Sequence record: NZ_AP019754.1
Reading direction: 5' to 3' (one strand)
Length of the DNA: 64,000 nucleotides
Origin: a plasmid
The notes beneath the pieces are model-generated. The model did no database searches, had not been told where the DNA came from, and saw only the letters and a program-made list of their open reading frames with translations. Shown here in pieces: positions 22,588-32,629 of this stretch. How positions within the stretch are numbered: the stretch's first letter is position 1; each line of letters opens with the position of its first letter. The position numbers and the translations under genes are program-made.

Positions 22588-23617
22588 TGATTAATCCTTA
22601 AATTACAGCGAATATTTTAAACAGAGCCATTCTACGAAAAATATTCCCAGAAGGAAATATCTCTTCAGTCCGAAATGTACAAATTTGTTACTGTAAAGAT
22701 TATTACTGACTTTCAGAACCTGAGAAACGGCATAAAGTTTAGGAATACATTGATGTTTTAAACATATTTAAACCGCCTCATGCCAATGAAAGGCGAGCAG
22801 GTTCTACACAACATGAATTATAGAATCTCTTTTTTAAGTTAAAAAATCAATGAAAATCAAAACCTAATACCTGGCTATCTTGATTTGTCGTCACGTTGTA
22901 AACCTGGAATGATGTGATTTGTCTCGTCAGAGAGAAATGATAACGTATAGTTAATAATAGCCACCCTTAAATAAAAGCTGGTCTGAGCGGACGAAATGCC
23001 TTACTAAAAAAACCGCTATTGAGGATAACGTTTTGTTATATGTAAATCCTGATTTTGATGCCAGACATCCCTCGAACCTTCCATAACCCGACCGTTGCAG
23101 CTGTTGGCTGCTTTGCAAAGATGAGAAACGGCTTTACCCGATCTGAGAAAAATAGCATTCCGGATTCCCAATTACACAAACCCGATAAAGCAACCTGTAA
23201 CCTGTGCCAGGCTTCATGCCAGGCTGAACGTTTTCTCTGTCAACCCAACGGCCATAAGTCTGTATTATCTGAACATAAGCGAAGCGTCAATAAGGGCAAT
23301 AACGTTCACATCACCGTTGTCAATAACAGCCTTTACCCATTTTTTCCATATTGTTTAAACCTGCAGTTCACCTGTCTCAGATAATGACCGCATTATATAT
23401 AAGGAAAAAAGACATAAGCGAGTGTGAGAAATAATTCTGTTCACACAGGGGTAAAACGGATGGCTCAAAAATATCCAGGCCAGCTAATTTCAGCGTTACG
23501 TCACGCGCTCGGGTTCAGAAGTACTGTGCCCGACTTGCGCTAAAACATCTGCATTATCAACAGAATACACACATCGGCTTTTCTGACGCTTTTAAAGATA
23601 AATGTTAACAATAACTT

Positions 23618-23640
23618 GCAATGATAATCTAAATGAGTAT
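23618..23640. promoter_or_regulatory. candidate Fur box upstream of TonB-dependent receptor
   Basis: gcAATGATAATCTAAATGAGTAT versus the Fur consensus GATAATGATAATCATTATC. The ATGATAATC core is exact and the second half is degenerate. It lies 125-145 bp upstream of the receptor start. Confidence 0.3.
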
Positions 23641-23763
23641 ATTTCTCATTTGTTTTTACATGTTGTTGTTTTTGTCCTTATTCCTGATGGCCAGCCCGCA
23701 CGGTAGTTAACTGGGACTGATGCAGGGCAGTGGCAGCTAAAAAAAAGAAAACGAGGCGTTAGA

Positions 23764-25977
23764 ATGTTTCTGAATATCCCCCTCCTGAACAGGGATCGCG
23801 TGAAGCCCACTTTTCCTCTGGTTCCCTCACGCTTATCACTTTTGGCAACCCTTGTGGCAGGCGTATCTTCACATAATGCGTTTGCAGAGACGCCATCGGA
23901 TGTGAATACGAGCAACCCGACGCTTATCGTTACTGCGGCTGAACAGCCGGTTTCCGAAAATACTTCCTCGGACTACAGCGTACCTGTTACCCGCGCGGGC
24001 AATAAGTTACTTTCGACCGTGCGCGATATTCCTCAGTCTGTAAGCATCATCAGCGCGCAGCGCATGAAAGACCAACAGCTACAGTCGTTAAATGATGTTC
24101 TGGACAACACCACGGCTATTCAGACCAGCACAGCGGATATGGATCGTAAGACCTATTATTCTCGCGGGTTTTTAATCGACAATTACCTGATTGACGGTAT
24201 TCCTACTGTATTCGAAGAACGCTGGAATTTGGGTGATGCACAGACGGATAGCGCATTATATGAACGCATTGAAGTGGTCAGGGGTGCAAACGGGTTATTG
24301 ACCGGTGCCGGTAATCCTTCCGCTGCCGTTAATATGGTACGTAAACATGCCGACAGTCATCAGCCAGAAGGCGAGATATCCGCCAGCTATGGCAGCTGGA
24401 ATAAACAGCGTTACGTTATGGATGTGCAGTCCCCGTTGAATGCTGCAGGAAATGTTCGAGGCAGGGTGATTGCGGGTTATCAGGATAATAATAGCTTTAT
24501 TGAGCGTTATGGTGCTGAAAAGAAATTTGTTTATGGGGTGATTGATGCCGATCTCAATGACGCCACCACATTATCTGCAGGCTATGAATTTCAGCAGCTG
24601 AATACTGACAGCCCAATGTGGGGCGGTTTACCGCGTTGGTACACAGACGGTAGTAAAACCCATTTTCGTCGCGGCTTTAATACCGCCCCTGACTGGACTT
24701 ACAACGATAAAGAGAGCAGAAAACTTTTTGCCCGGCTCAAACACACTTTTGCAAGTGGATGGCAATGGACCCTTAACGGCACCCATGATCGGTCAACGCT
24801 TAACAGCAAAATGATGTATATCGCCGGCTATTTTGACAAAAATACGGGTGCAGGCGTTTCTCCCTATGCGGATTATCCTGTCGTTGCGGGCACGGGATAT
24901 AATGCAGCCAAACGTCAAGTCGATGCTGTGGATACTTTTGCCAGTGGCCCTTATCAACTCTTCGGGCGCACCCATGAATTAATGGTCGGTGTTAGCTACA
25001 GCAAACAAAAAAACACTTACTACGGTACTTTTGCGAATATCTCGCCAGAAGAATTGGGGAATTTTAACCTTTTTGACGGCCAGTTCCCGGAAAAGGATTG
25101 GGCGGCGCGCACCCTGTCCCAGCAGGATATTACCCGACAAAGCTCGGGCTACCTTGCCACCCGTATTTCACTGGCGGATCCGTTAAATCTGATACTGGGC
25201 GCACGTTACACCCGTTGGAGCAAAAATACACTGACCAACGATATGGAAAAAAATAACATCACGCCTTATGCGGGTCTGATTTATGACATTGATGAGAACT
25301 GGTCAACGTACGCCAGCTATACTTCCGTGTTTCAACCGCAGTCATATCGTGATCTCTCAGGTGCCTATCTGGCGCCGGTTATTGGTAAGAACTACGAAGC
25401 CGGCGTTAAATCTGACTGGTTCGACAGCCGCTTTACCACGTCAGTCTCGGTCTTTCGGGCTGAGCTGGATAATGTGGCACAGACCACCGGTCGCATTATT
25501 CCGGGTACCACCGAGTCAGCGTATGAAGGCAAAAATGGCACGGTAAGCCGAGGAATTGAATTCGAAATTAACGGCGCAATCACAGATAACTGGCAGATGA
25601 CCCTGGGAGGCACGCGTTATATTGCCGAACAGCGTGATGGCACGGCGGTAAAACCCGACTTACCGCGAACGCAGTTAAACGTCTTTACGCGCTATCGTTT
25701 ACCCATGTTCCCTGATCTTACTGTGGGTGGCGGAGTGAAATGGCAAACGCACGTCTGGAGCGATAATTCGGCACCGGAAGGAAACGGAACGTGGCGTGCT
25801 GAGCAGGGCAGCTATGCGTTAGTCAATTTATTTAGCCGCTACCAGGTGACGAAAAATTTTGCTGTTCAGGGCAATATTAATAATCTCTTTGATAAAACCT
25901 ATGACACGAATGTTGCGGGGGATATCGTTTACGGTGAACCCCGTAACGTCTCTGTGACTGCCAGCTACCGTTTCTGA
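23764..25977 (+). CDS. TonB-dependent ferric-siderophore outer-membrane receptor (FhuE/FoxA/FhuA class)
   Basis: 737 aa. Long signal peptide ending AFAETP, TonB box TLIVTAAE, plug and 22-strand barrel. C-terminal aromatic residue (…TASYRF). Confidence 0.85.
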   Translation: MFLNIPLLNRDRVKPTFPLVPSRLSLLATLVAGVSSHNAFAETPSDVNTSNPTLIVTAAEQPVSENTSSDYSVPVTRAGNKLLSTVRDIPQSVSIISAQRMKDQQLQSLNDVLDNTTAIQTSTADMDRKTYYSRGFLIDNYLIDGIPTVFEERWNLGDAQTDSALYERIEVVRGANGLLTGAGNPSAAVNMVRKHADSHQPEGEISASYGSWNKQRYVMDVQSPLNAAGNVRGRVIAGYQDNNSFIERYGAEKKFVYGVIDADLNDATTLSAGYEFQQLNTDSPMWGGLPRWYTDGSKTHFRRGFNTAPDWTYNDKESRKLFARLKHTFASGWQWTLNGTHDRSTLNSKMMYIAGYFDKNTGAGVSPYADYPVVAGTGYNAAKRQVDAVDTFASGPYQLFGRTHELMVGVSYSKQKNTYYGTFANISPEELGNFNLFDGQFPEKDWAARTLSQQDITRQSSGYLATRISLADPLNLILGARYTRWSKNTLTNDMEKNNITPYAGLIYDIDENWSTYASYTSVFQPQSYRDLSGAYLAPVIGKNYEAGVKSDWFDSRFTTSVSVFRAELDNVAQTTGRIIPGTTESAYEGKNGTVSRGIEFEINGAITDNWQMTLGGTRYIAEQRDGTAVKPDLPRTQLNVFTRYRLPMFPDLTVGGGVKWQTHVWSDNSAPEGNGTWRAEQGSYALVNLFSRYQVTKNFAVQGNINNLFDKTYDTNVAGDIVYGEPRNVSVTASYRF

Positions 25978-26190
25978 AGACGCCGGACTTTCACCAGTGA
26001 GCGCCTCACCCGGGGCGCTTGCTCCCCTGCTTTTTCCCCCTCGACCCGGCGCAAATCGCTGATCCATCACGTTTTGACGTAATTGCCAGGCCAGAAAGTC
26101 GGGGATTTGCGCTACACTGACCAGCGTTAATCCTCCATTCTGCCGCTATGATAGCGCTGTCTGAGGCAAACTAATTCACCTGGAAGAAGT

Positions 26191-26751
26191 ATGAAAATCA
26201 GATTCCTTTCGGCTAATGAGCAAAAACTGGCGGAGGTGCGTGAAATCCTGGAGCCAGTGGGCGTCGAAGTCTTGCCGATCGCTCGTCGTATTGAAGAAAT
26301 TCAAACAGAGAATGAGCTGGATTTGGTGCGGGACAAACTCACAAAAGCCTTCTCAATTATTGGGCGTCCTCTCTTCGTTGAGCATACCGGACTTTATCTC
26401 GATGGGCTGAATGGCCTGCCTGCGGGGCTGACGCGCATATTCTGGAACCGGCTGGATGCCGATCGTTTTGCCTCCCTCGTTAATGGCCTCGATAGCCAGG
26501 GCGTCACGGCCAAAACCGTACTGGGCTATTGTGACGGGCGCAAAATGTATCAGTTTTACGGCGAATTACGTGGCACTATTGCCTCAAAACCGGCGGGCCC
26601 GCGTGGTTTTCAGTGGGACTGCGTGTTTATTCCTGAAGGCTACGATCAAACCTTCGCTGAGATGGGCGACAAGAAAAATGAAATCTCAAACCGTCGCATT
26701 GCACTGGACCGCTTCGCGTCCTTCTTAAAAACAGCACGAGGCGTGGCATGA
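26191..26751 (+). CDS. Ham1/ITPase (non-canonical purine NTP pyrophosphatase) family protein with degenerate catalytic motifs
   Basis: 186 aa. Colinear with RdgB/Ham1: LSANEQKLAEV ~ ATGNxGKxxE, VEHTGLYLDGLNGLPAG ~ DDSGLxVDxLGGAPG, GFQWDCVFIPEG ~ GFGYDPIFxP, and SNRRIAL ~ SHRGxAL. Note three changes: DD to EH, YDP to WDC, and SHR to SNR. Confidence 0.75.
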   Translation: MKIRFLSANEQKLAEVREILEPVGVEVLPIARRIEEIQTENELDLVRDKLTKAFSIIGRPLFVEHTGLYLDGLNGLPAGLTRIFWNRLDADRFASLVNGLDSQGVTAKTVLGYCDGRKMYQFYGELRGTIASKPAGPRGFQWDCVFIPEGYDQTFAEMGDKKNEISNRRIALDRFASFLKTARGVA

Positions 26752-27542
26752 AACCTGAACTCAAGCGGGCTTATGACTCCGGTAAGCTGATACTCTTTGC
26801 CGGTGCAGGCCTGTCCCGCAATCTTGGCCTGCCAGAATGGCATGAGCTCATTGCCCATCTGGCCAACGAGCTGGGGTACGATCCCAAAATTTTTAATACC
26901 TATGGTACGCACCTTTCCCTGGCCGAATACTATAAGCAAAAAAAAGGATCGCTAGGGCCGTTGAGAAGCTGGATGGATCGCGAATGGCATCGGCCGGATA
27001 TTGATGTTCGTAGCTCTGAAATTCACACCATGATCACGCAGGGCAACTTTTCGCGTATCTATACCACCAATTATGACCGCTGGCTGGAAGCGGCACATGA
27101 GGCGCACGGTGTGCCTTACTCAAAAGTCGCGAATGCGGCCGATCTGGTGTCATTAACTGAAGACAAGCGCCACATCATTAAACTGCACGGCGACTTTGAT
27201 GATGATACCTCCATCGTTTTAGATGAAAGCAGTTACTTTGAGCGCCTCTATTTTGATTCGCCGCTGGATATCAAACTGACCCATGATGTCATGGGGAATT
27301 CGGTGTTGTTCGTGGGCTACAGCATCAGTGACTTTAATATTCGTCTGCTGTTTTATCGCCTGACCAAAATGTGGGGGCGCACGGGCCTGGCCACTGCGCG
27401 CCCCAAGTCGTACCTTTTCACTAACCGCAATAACCCGGTGGCAAAAGAAGTGCTGGGTCAGTGGGGCATTGAAATGATCGTCTCTGAAGAAGACGATCCT
27501 CGAAAAGCCCTGGCCGATTTTATGCAAGCGCTTCTGGCGTGA
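26748..27542 (+). CDS. SIR2-like (SIR2_2 / defence-type) NAD+-binding protein, probable NADase effector
   Basis: 264 aa. Start ATG overlaps the upstream stop by 4 nt (ATGA). N-terminal Rossmann motif LILFAGAGLSRNLGLPEW. IYTTNYD (Asn about 108) and IIKLHGDFDDD (His about 147) match the catalytic Asn/His pair of ThsA/DSR-type SIR2 domains. No SLOG, TIR or other fused domain. Confidence 0.7.
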   Translation: MKPELKRAYDSGKLILFAGAGLSRNLGLPEWHELIAHLANELGYDPKIFNTYGTHLSLAEYYKQKKGSLGPLRSWMDREWHRPDIDVRSSEIHTMITQGNFSRIYTTNYDRWLEAAHEAHGVPYSKVANAADLVSLTEDKRHIIKLHGDFDDDTSIVLDESSYFERLYFDSPLDIKLTHDVMGNSVLFVGYSISDFNIRLLFYRLTKMWGRTGLATARPKSYLFTNRNNPVAKEVLGQWGIEMIVSEEDDPRKALADFMQALLA

Positions 27543-27645
27543 TGCGCGGGGCGGGGCTGACCACGTCGTTGTAAAATCTGAACCGCATTTCAGGTTTATC
27601 GGGCGTGGTGATTCTTCTCTGGAAAATGCGGATTACTGTGGTATG

Positions 27646-27661
27646 CTGTATAAATACACAG
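27646..27661. promoter_or_regulatory. LexA box (SOS operator) upstream of yebG
   Basis: CTGTATAAATACACAG is a perfect CTGT-N8-ACAG palindrome with an AT-rich centre. It ends 18 bp before the yebG ATG. Confidence 0.65.
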
Positions 27662-27678
27662 TACCTGAGGGCAAAACT

Positions 27679-28005
27679 ATGGCTGTTGAGACAAAATTTG
27701 TAGTGGTCAGAAAAGGTGAAGAGAAGATGACATTTGCCAACAAAAAAGAGGCTGATGCCTACGACAAAATGCTGGATATGGCGGAAGCGTTCACCGACTG
27801 GTTGCTGACTCATCAGGCGGAGATGGATGAATCTCAGGCTGAAACACTCGGCCTGTTGCTGGCAGAACAAAAAGACGCCGTGCAGCACATTCTTCGCACC
27901 AGTAAACTGCCTCAGTCAACCTCAGGCGGTAGCGCCCCTGAAGCGACGGATGCTGATCATGCGCCGCAAAGTGACAAGAAAGTCCGCGCCGTCAAAGCCG
28001 CCTGA
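27679..28005 (+). CDS. yebG: DNA damage-inducible protein YebG
   Basis: MAVETKFVVVRKGEEKMTFANKKEADAYDKMLDMAE... is colinear with E. coli YebG (MAVEVKYVVIREGEEKMSFTSKKEADAYDKMLD...). SD GAGGG. An upstream in-frame Met at 27643 is less likely. Confidence 0.8.
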   Translation: MAVETKFVVVRKGEEKMTFANKKEADAYDKMLDMAEAFTDWLLTHQAEMDESQAETLGLLLAEQKDAVQHILRTSKLPQSTSGGSAPEATDADHAPQSDKKVRAVKAA

Positions 28006-28007
28006 CC

Positions 28008-28060
28008 GGGTTATGCTGGAAGCCTGCTTCCAGCATAACCACTCTCGTTTCCTGTCTTTT
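28008..28060 (+). terminator. rho-independent terminator of yebG
   Basis: GGTTATGCTGGAAG-cctg-CTTCCAGCATAACC is a 14-bp perfect stem, followed by a T-rich tract (ctctcgtttcctgtctttta). Confidence 0.55.
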
Positions 28061-28339
28061 ATCCGTCAATGACCGACTCAGCGGTGGGTCTTTTGATCCT
28101 TCTCAGCGAATCAAATGCGTCACGGCAAAAGCATAGTGATGAAGGTATCTGGCCATGCACGTCATGCAAAGTACATAACCATGAAACCAGCCTGATTTGT
28201 TTAGCATGAATGGGTTCCCGGTTCAGTTATGCCTGGTTAGAAGAGGGCACAGACTGCCATTGAATCCCCGTCTATGTATTGTTTCATATCAATACTATTC
28301 AGATCAGTAACGGATTCCTGCGTATTATTATGGCCATGT

Positions 28340-28699
28340 TCAGGTCAGATCGGTCCGATCGCCTCGGGTCGTCGGATGGGAAATAACTAAAAAAGTGACA
28401 CTGTCATTTCCGTCGTTACGTGCCTGATGTTTCGCACCCGGTGAGATCTCAATGCCTTGCTGCGCCTGCAGGAGATGCACGATGCCCTCAATTTCCATCG
28501 TCAGCTCTCCCTCTAAAACAAAAAAGAACTGGTGAGACTGAACGTGAAAGTGTCGGGTTTCAGCAGTCGCAGGCGGCATATGTTCATGAATAATGCTTAA
28601 ATCCTGGCGTTTCAGCAGATGCCAACCATCACAGTTATTTCCCCAAACATAATGTTCTGCGTTGTCTTTCGAAATCATAAATCCTCTTTTTGCCCGCAA
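28340..28699 (-). CDS. cupin-domain protein
   Basis: 119 aa with a small beta-barrel signature (G..H.H...E...VLEG). The start may be the internal Met at 28678. Confidence 0.6.
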   Translation of the reverse strand: MRAKRGFMISKDNAEHYVWGNNCDGWHLLKRQDLSIIHEHMPPATAETRHFHVQSHQFFFVLEGELTMEIEGIVHLLQAQQGIEISPGAKHQARNDGNDSVTFLVISHPTTRGDRTDLT

Positions 28700-28837
28700 C
28701 GGATAATGTGAGCCGATTCTGGCTTTGATTCATCTTATTAAAGTTAAATTCTGGCGCGCCGATAGTTATTCCAGGGACATGAAAGATTGTATCTGACAGG
28801 GTGGTCAATTTAGCCGGTGTATTCCAGGGGAATCAAT

Positions 28838-30769
28838 ATGACCACTCAACCCAGTAAAAAAACCATGAGTACCCGCACGCAGATGCTTCTTGCGGGCGGC
28901 CTGACGATTACGCTTGGGTTTACCGTGACGATTGGTGTTCTGAGCTGGCAGTCGGCAAAAGAACAAAAAACGCTGGCCGAACATTATCTGCAGCAGATCG
29001 CTCAAAGTCGCGGGCTGCAAATTCAACAAGAGCTGAGTTATGCCCTTAATATGGCGCACAGCTTAGGCCAAAGTCTGATTGCTCTGCCCAAAGCGGGCAT
29101 TAACGATCGTAAAGTCGCTGACAGAATCATGGAATATTCACTCAGAGCCAATCCTGATTATCTCTCGATGTCTGTGATTTTTGAACCCAACGCGTTTGAT
29201 GGTCGTGATGCTGAATTTGCAGGTCAGAGCGGACAGCCGCCACAGGGCCGTTATGCCTGGTTTGTTGACCGCGATCAGGCCGGTAATTACGCCATGCATC
29301 CGTTACTGTCCTTTTTAACGCCGGGTCAGGGTGATTATTATCTGGTTCCCCAGCAGACAAGAAAAGATACGCTGATTGAGCCCTACAGTTATGCCTACAA
29401 TGGTATACCAACGTTATTGACCTCTGTAGCCTCACCCATTATCGATCAGGGTAAACTTTACGGCGTGGTGACTTCCGATATCTCCCTTGCCTCACTACAA
29501 AAGAAAGTTAACCAGATAAAACCCTGGCAGGACACCGGTTATGCCCTGTTGCTCTCTAACACAGGCAAAGTCGTTTCCTCGCCAGATAAAGATGAGGCGG
29601 GCAAAGCGTGGAAGGGGGAAAAAGACAATTTCACCCAGCAAATTGTGGAACATGACGACCCGGTGCTGGGCGAAAAAGCCATGTATACCTGGTATCCGGT
29701 CACGGTAGGCAATAGCGATAAGCCCTGGTACGTTGGAATTGTCGCACCGGTCAGCCAGGTGATGGCTGCGGCGAATCGCCAACTCTACTGGGCTATCGGA
29801 CTGATGCTGGTAAGCATCCTGTTGGTCGGCGCGGTACTGGGGCTCTTGTTCAATCGCAAAGTCATGCGTCCGCTCGGCGGCGAGCCTGCAGAGGCAGCCA
29901 AAATAGCGCTGGCGGTTGCGGAAGGTAAGCTCAGTAACCGCTTTCACGTTGCACCGGGCGACAACAGCAGCCTGTTTTATGCGCTGCATACCATGCAAAG
30001 CCAGCTGCAATCTATTGTGGGCCAAATCAAAGATGCCAGCGCGTCGGTGCGAGAAGGGGCTAGCGAGATTGCCAGTGGTAACCTCGATCTGGCATCGCGT
30101 ACCGAACAGCAGGCGGCTGCGCTGGAGGAGACTGCAGCCAGCATGGAGCAAATCAGCGCAACGGTTCGCCTGAATGCCGATAATGCTCAACAGGCCACGA
30201 ATCTGACCGAAAATGCCACCTCAATCGCCAGCCGGGGCGAAGCGCTGGTTGGGCAGGTGGTGCAGACCATGTCACAGATTGATGACAGCTCGAAGAAAAT
30301 TGGTGACATTACTACGATGATCAACAGCATCGCCTTCCAGACGAATATTCTGGCCCTTAACGCTGCGGTTGAGGCGGCGCGCGCTGGCGAGCAGGGACGA
30401 GGCTTTGCTGTCGTGGCCTCTGAGGTGCGTAATCTTGCGCAGCGAAGTGCGGGCGCGGTGAAAGATATCGCTGCCCTGATTGAAGAATCGAGCGTTCGGG
30501 TTCAAAGCGGCGTGAAACTGGTTAACGAAGCAGGCAAAACGATGCATGAGATGACGCAGGCCGTATCGTCAGTGCAGAGCATCATTGATGAAATCGTTTC
30601 TGCCTCTGATGAACAGGCGCGCGGTATCGGTCAGGTCACTGTCGCAGTTAACGAGATGGACGGTACGACACAACAAAACGCCGCACTGGTGCAGCAAATG
30701 TCTGCAGCCGCCAGCTCGCTGGAAGATCAGGCGCAGCAGTTGGCGCAAACGGTGGAGCAGTTCCGCTAA
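28838..30769 (+). CDS. methyl-accepting chemotaxis protein with double-Cache (dCache_1) periplasmic sensor
   Basis: TM1 near residue 25. Roughly 280-aa periplasmic domain. TM2 is [23 protein letters not shown], then HAMP. MCP signalling core [48 protein letters not shown] before the ATG at 28838. Confidence 0.8.
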   Translation: MTTQPSKKTMSTRTQMLLAGGLTITLGFTVTIGVLSWQSAKEQKTLAEHYLQQIAQSRGLQIQQELSYALNMAHSLGQSLIALPKAGINDRKVADRIMEYSLRANPDYLSMSVIFEPNAFDGRDAEFAGQSGQPPQGRYAWFVDRDQAGNYAMHPLLSFLTPGQGDYYLVPQQTRKDTLIEPYSYAYNGIPTLLTSVASPIIDQGKLYGVVTSDISLASLQKKVNQIKPWQDTGYALLLSNTGKVVSSPDKDEAGKAWKGEKDNFTQQIVEHDDPVLGEKAMYTWYPVTVGNSDKPWYVGIVAPVSQVMAAANRQLYWAIGLMLVSILLVGAVLGLLFNRKVMRPLGGEPAEAAKIALAVAEGKLSNRFHVAPGDNSSLFYALHTMQSQLQSIVGQIKDASASVREGASEIASGNLDLASRTEQQAAALEETAASMEQISATVRLNADNAQQATNLTENATSIASRGEALVGQVVQTMSQIDDSSKKIGDITTMINSIAFQTNILALNAAVEAARAGEQGRGFAVVASEVRNLAQRSAGAVKDIAALIEESSVRVQSGVKLVNEAGKTMHEMTQAVSSVQSIIDEIVSASDEQARGIGQVTVAVNEMDGTTQQNAALVQQMSAAASSLEDQAQQLAQTVEQFR

Positions 30770-30785
30770 CGCGCGGTAAACCGCT

Positions 30786-30819
30786 AAAACACAACCCGCA
30801 CGGTGCGGGTTGTGTTTTC
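30786..30819. terminator. bidirectional rho-independent terminator (MCP / gdh convergent pair)
   Basis: AAAACACAACCCGC-acggt-GCGGGTTGTGTTTT is an 11-bp GC-rich stem flanked by an A-run and a T-run. Confidence 0.65.
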
Positions 30820-30824
30820 AGTCA

Positions 30825-32099
30825 TTAACCCGGATAGATACCGCGATCTTTACGTGCCATCAGGATACGTTCGCAGGCCACGATATAGGCTGCGGTACGC
30901 AACGAGCACGCTTTCTCTTTGGCTTTTTCCCATACGTGAACCATGGCTTCCGTCATGATCTTGTCTGAGCGTTTATTAATTTCGTCTTCGCTCCAGAAGA
31001 AGCTGGCCATATCCTGCACCCATTCGAAGTAACTGACTGTCACACCCCCGGCGTTACAAATCACGTCGGGTACAACAATCACACCGCGGTTTGCCAGAAC
31101 ATCATCAGCATCCGGATAGGTCGGACCGTTAGCGCCTTCGAGCACCAGCTTACAGCTCAGGATCTCAGCACGCTCCCGCGTGATTTGTCCTTCCAGCGCG
31201 GCAGGGATCAGAATATCCATTTCCGTATGCCAGAAACGCTCTTTCTCGATGTTTTGTGCACCAGGGAAGCCTGCGATCTGCTTGTTTTCAGTCTGCCATT
31301 GTGTCAACGCATCCATATCCATGCCGTCAGCGTTGAACAGCGTTGCAGTGTGATCCTGAATCGCCACAACGCGCGCGCCCGCCTGACTAAACAACCGGGC
31401 GGCTTCACTGCCTACGTTACCAAATCCCTGTACGGCGACACGTGCGCCTTCAATCTGGATGCCGGCTCGGCCAGCAACCTCACGGCCAGTGACGAACACA
31501 CCACGGCCGGTCGCTTTTTCACGGCCGAGGGAGCCGCCAAGGTGAATAGGTTTACCTGTCACCACACCAGTCACCGTGGTGCCCAGATTCATGGAGTAGG
31601 TATCCATCATCCAGGCCATCACTTTGCCATTGGTGCCGACATCGGGGGCCGGGATATCTTTTTGCGGTCCAATGATGATACCGATCTCGCTGGTATAGCG
31701 GCGCGTCAGACGTTCGAGTTCGCCTTCAGACAGTTTAAAAGGATCGACCCGAATCCCACCTTTTGCCCCGCCGTAGGGCAGATTGACAGCGGCACACTTG
31801 ATGGTCATCCAGGCTGAAAGGGCCATGACCTCATTTAAATCGACATCGGGATGATAGCGAATCCCGCCTTTACCCGGACCGCGTGAAAGGTTGTGCTGAA
31901 CACGATAACCCTCAAAATGACGAATGGAGCCGTCATCCATTTGCAGAGGAATATCAACAATTAATGCACGCTTAGGATGACGTAAAGTATCAATCCAGCG
32001 CGTAAGGTCGCCCAGGTAAGGCGCAACGCGATCGATTTGTTGTAGGTAGGTGGACCAGGCTGAAGTACTACTGTCAGACGCGTAAGATAACTTATCCAT
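30825..32099 (-). CDS. gdh: Glu/Leu/Phe/Val dehydrogenase family: NAD(P)-dependent glutamate dehydrogenase (RocG/GudB-type, 424 aa)
   Basis: [48 protein letters not shown] is the catalytic Lys/Gly-rich motif. C-terminal Rossmann GFGNVGS. Confidence 0.85.
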   Translation of the reverse strand: MDKLSYASDSSTSAWSTYLQQIDRVAPYLGDLTRWIDTLRHPKRALIVDIPLQMDDGSIRHFEGYRVQHNLSRGPGKGGIRYHPDVDLNEVMALSAWMTIKCAAVNLPYGGAKGGIRVDPFKLSEGELERLTRRYTSEIGIIIGPQKDIPAPDVGTNGKVMAWMMDTYSMNLGTTVTGVVTGKPIHLGGSLGREKATGRGVFVTGREVAGRAGIQIEGARVAVQGFGNVGSEAARLFSQAGARVVAIQDHTATLFNADGMDMDALTQWQTENKQIAGFPGAQNIEKERFWHTEMDILIPAALEGQITRERAEILSCKLVLEGANGPTYPDADDVLANRGVIVVPDVICNAGGVTVSYFEWVQDMASFFWSEDEINKRSDKIMTEAMVHVWEKAKEKACSLRTAAYIVACERILMARKDRGIYPG

Positions 32100-32629
32100 A
32101 CAAAACCTTTCTTATCGAAGTTATTTATTGTGTTGAGCCGTGGAATGACGCGCGCTTAAGCGCGCCGACATAATTTATCATTACCAGAGAAAATATGATG
32201 TCGACCAGGCGGTCATTATCCCCATGCTATTTCGATTAACGGTGAATAAGAGTGAATAATATTTCGACTTATCGGCCCCGGATGCGGCTGTTTCGTGCAT
32301 AAATAAGGCATTGTTAGTGCATAAACCTAAAATTTTATGATTTATCAGTTCTTTGAAGGGGGTCAAAAAGTTAATGAATTGTTTCAAAGGATATTGACTT
32401 TGTTGCACCGCCAGGGTGCATAAATATAAGTAATGCGAAGGTTACTTTCACTTATGCGAAGAGGCTAACGGACAATATCTCACGCTTTTATCACCGACGG
32501 CAGAGCAGAAAATAAGACGTGCCAGCAACATGCGTTTATTAAAACGGGATGGAACTCAACCGCCAAATTTTTAACCTGAATAAGGAAGACGGCCGTGAGC
32601 GGATGAAAAAGGCTGCGAACAGTAGTGCA

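Noticed and set aside
23055-23384. 109-aa ORF in the AT-rich island spacer
   Set aside because: Unusual Cys/His/Asn-rich composition, no ribosome-binding site, and it lies in the lowest-GC DNA of the window. Judged spurious, though an sRNA or degraded gene cannot be excluded.
26075-26190. Attempted sigma-70 promoter assignment for the Ham1-SIR2 operon (TTGACG at 26075, TACACT/TAATCC further downstream)
   Set aside because: The spacings between candidate -35 and -10 hexamers are non-canonical (33 nt or 15 nt). I cannot place a promoter reliably without TSS data.
29495-30190. 231-aa and other ORFs antisense to the dCache MCP gene; 210-aa ORF (31185..31817) antisense to gdh
   Set aside because: They are mirror-frame ORFs inside confidently assigned genes, with Arg/His-rich translations typical of antisense GC-rich sequence.
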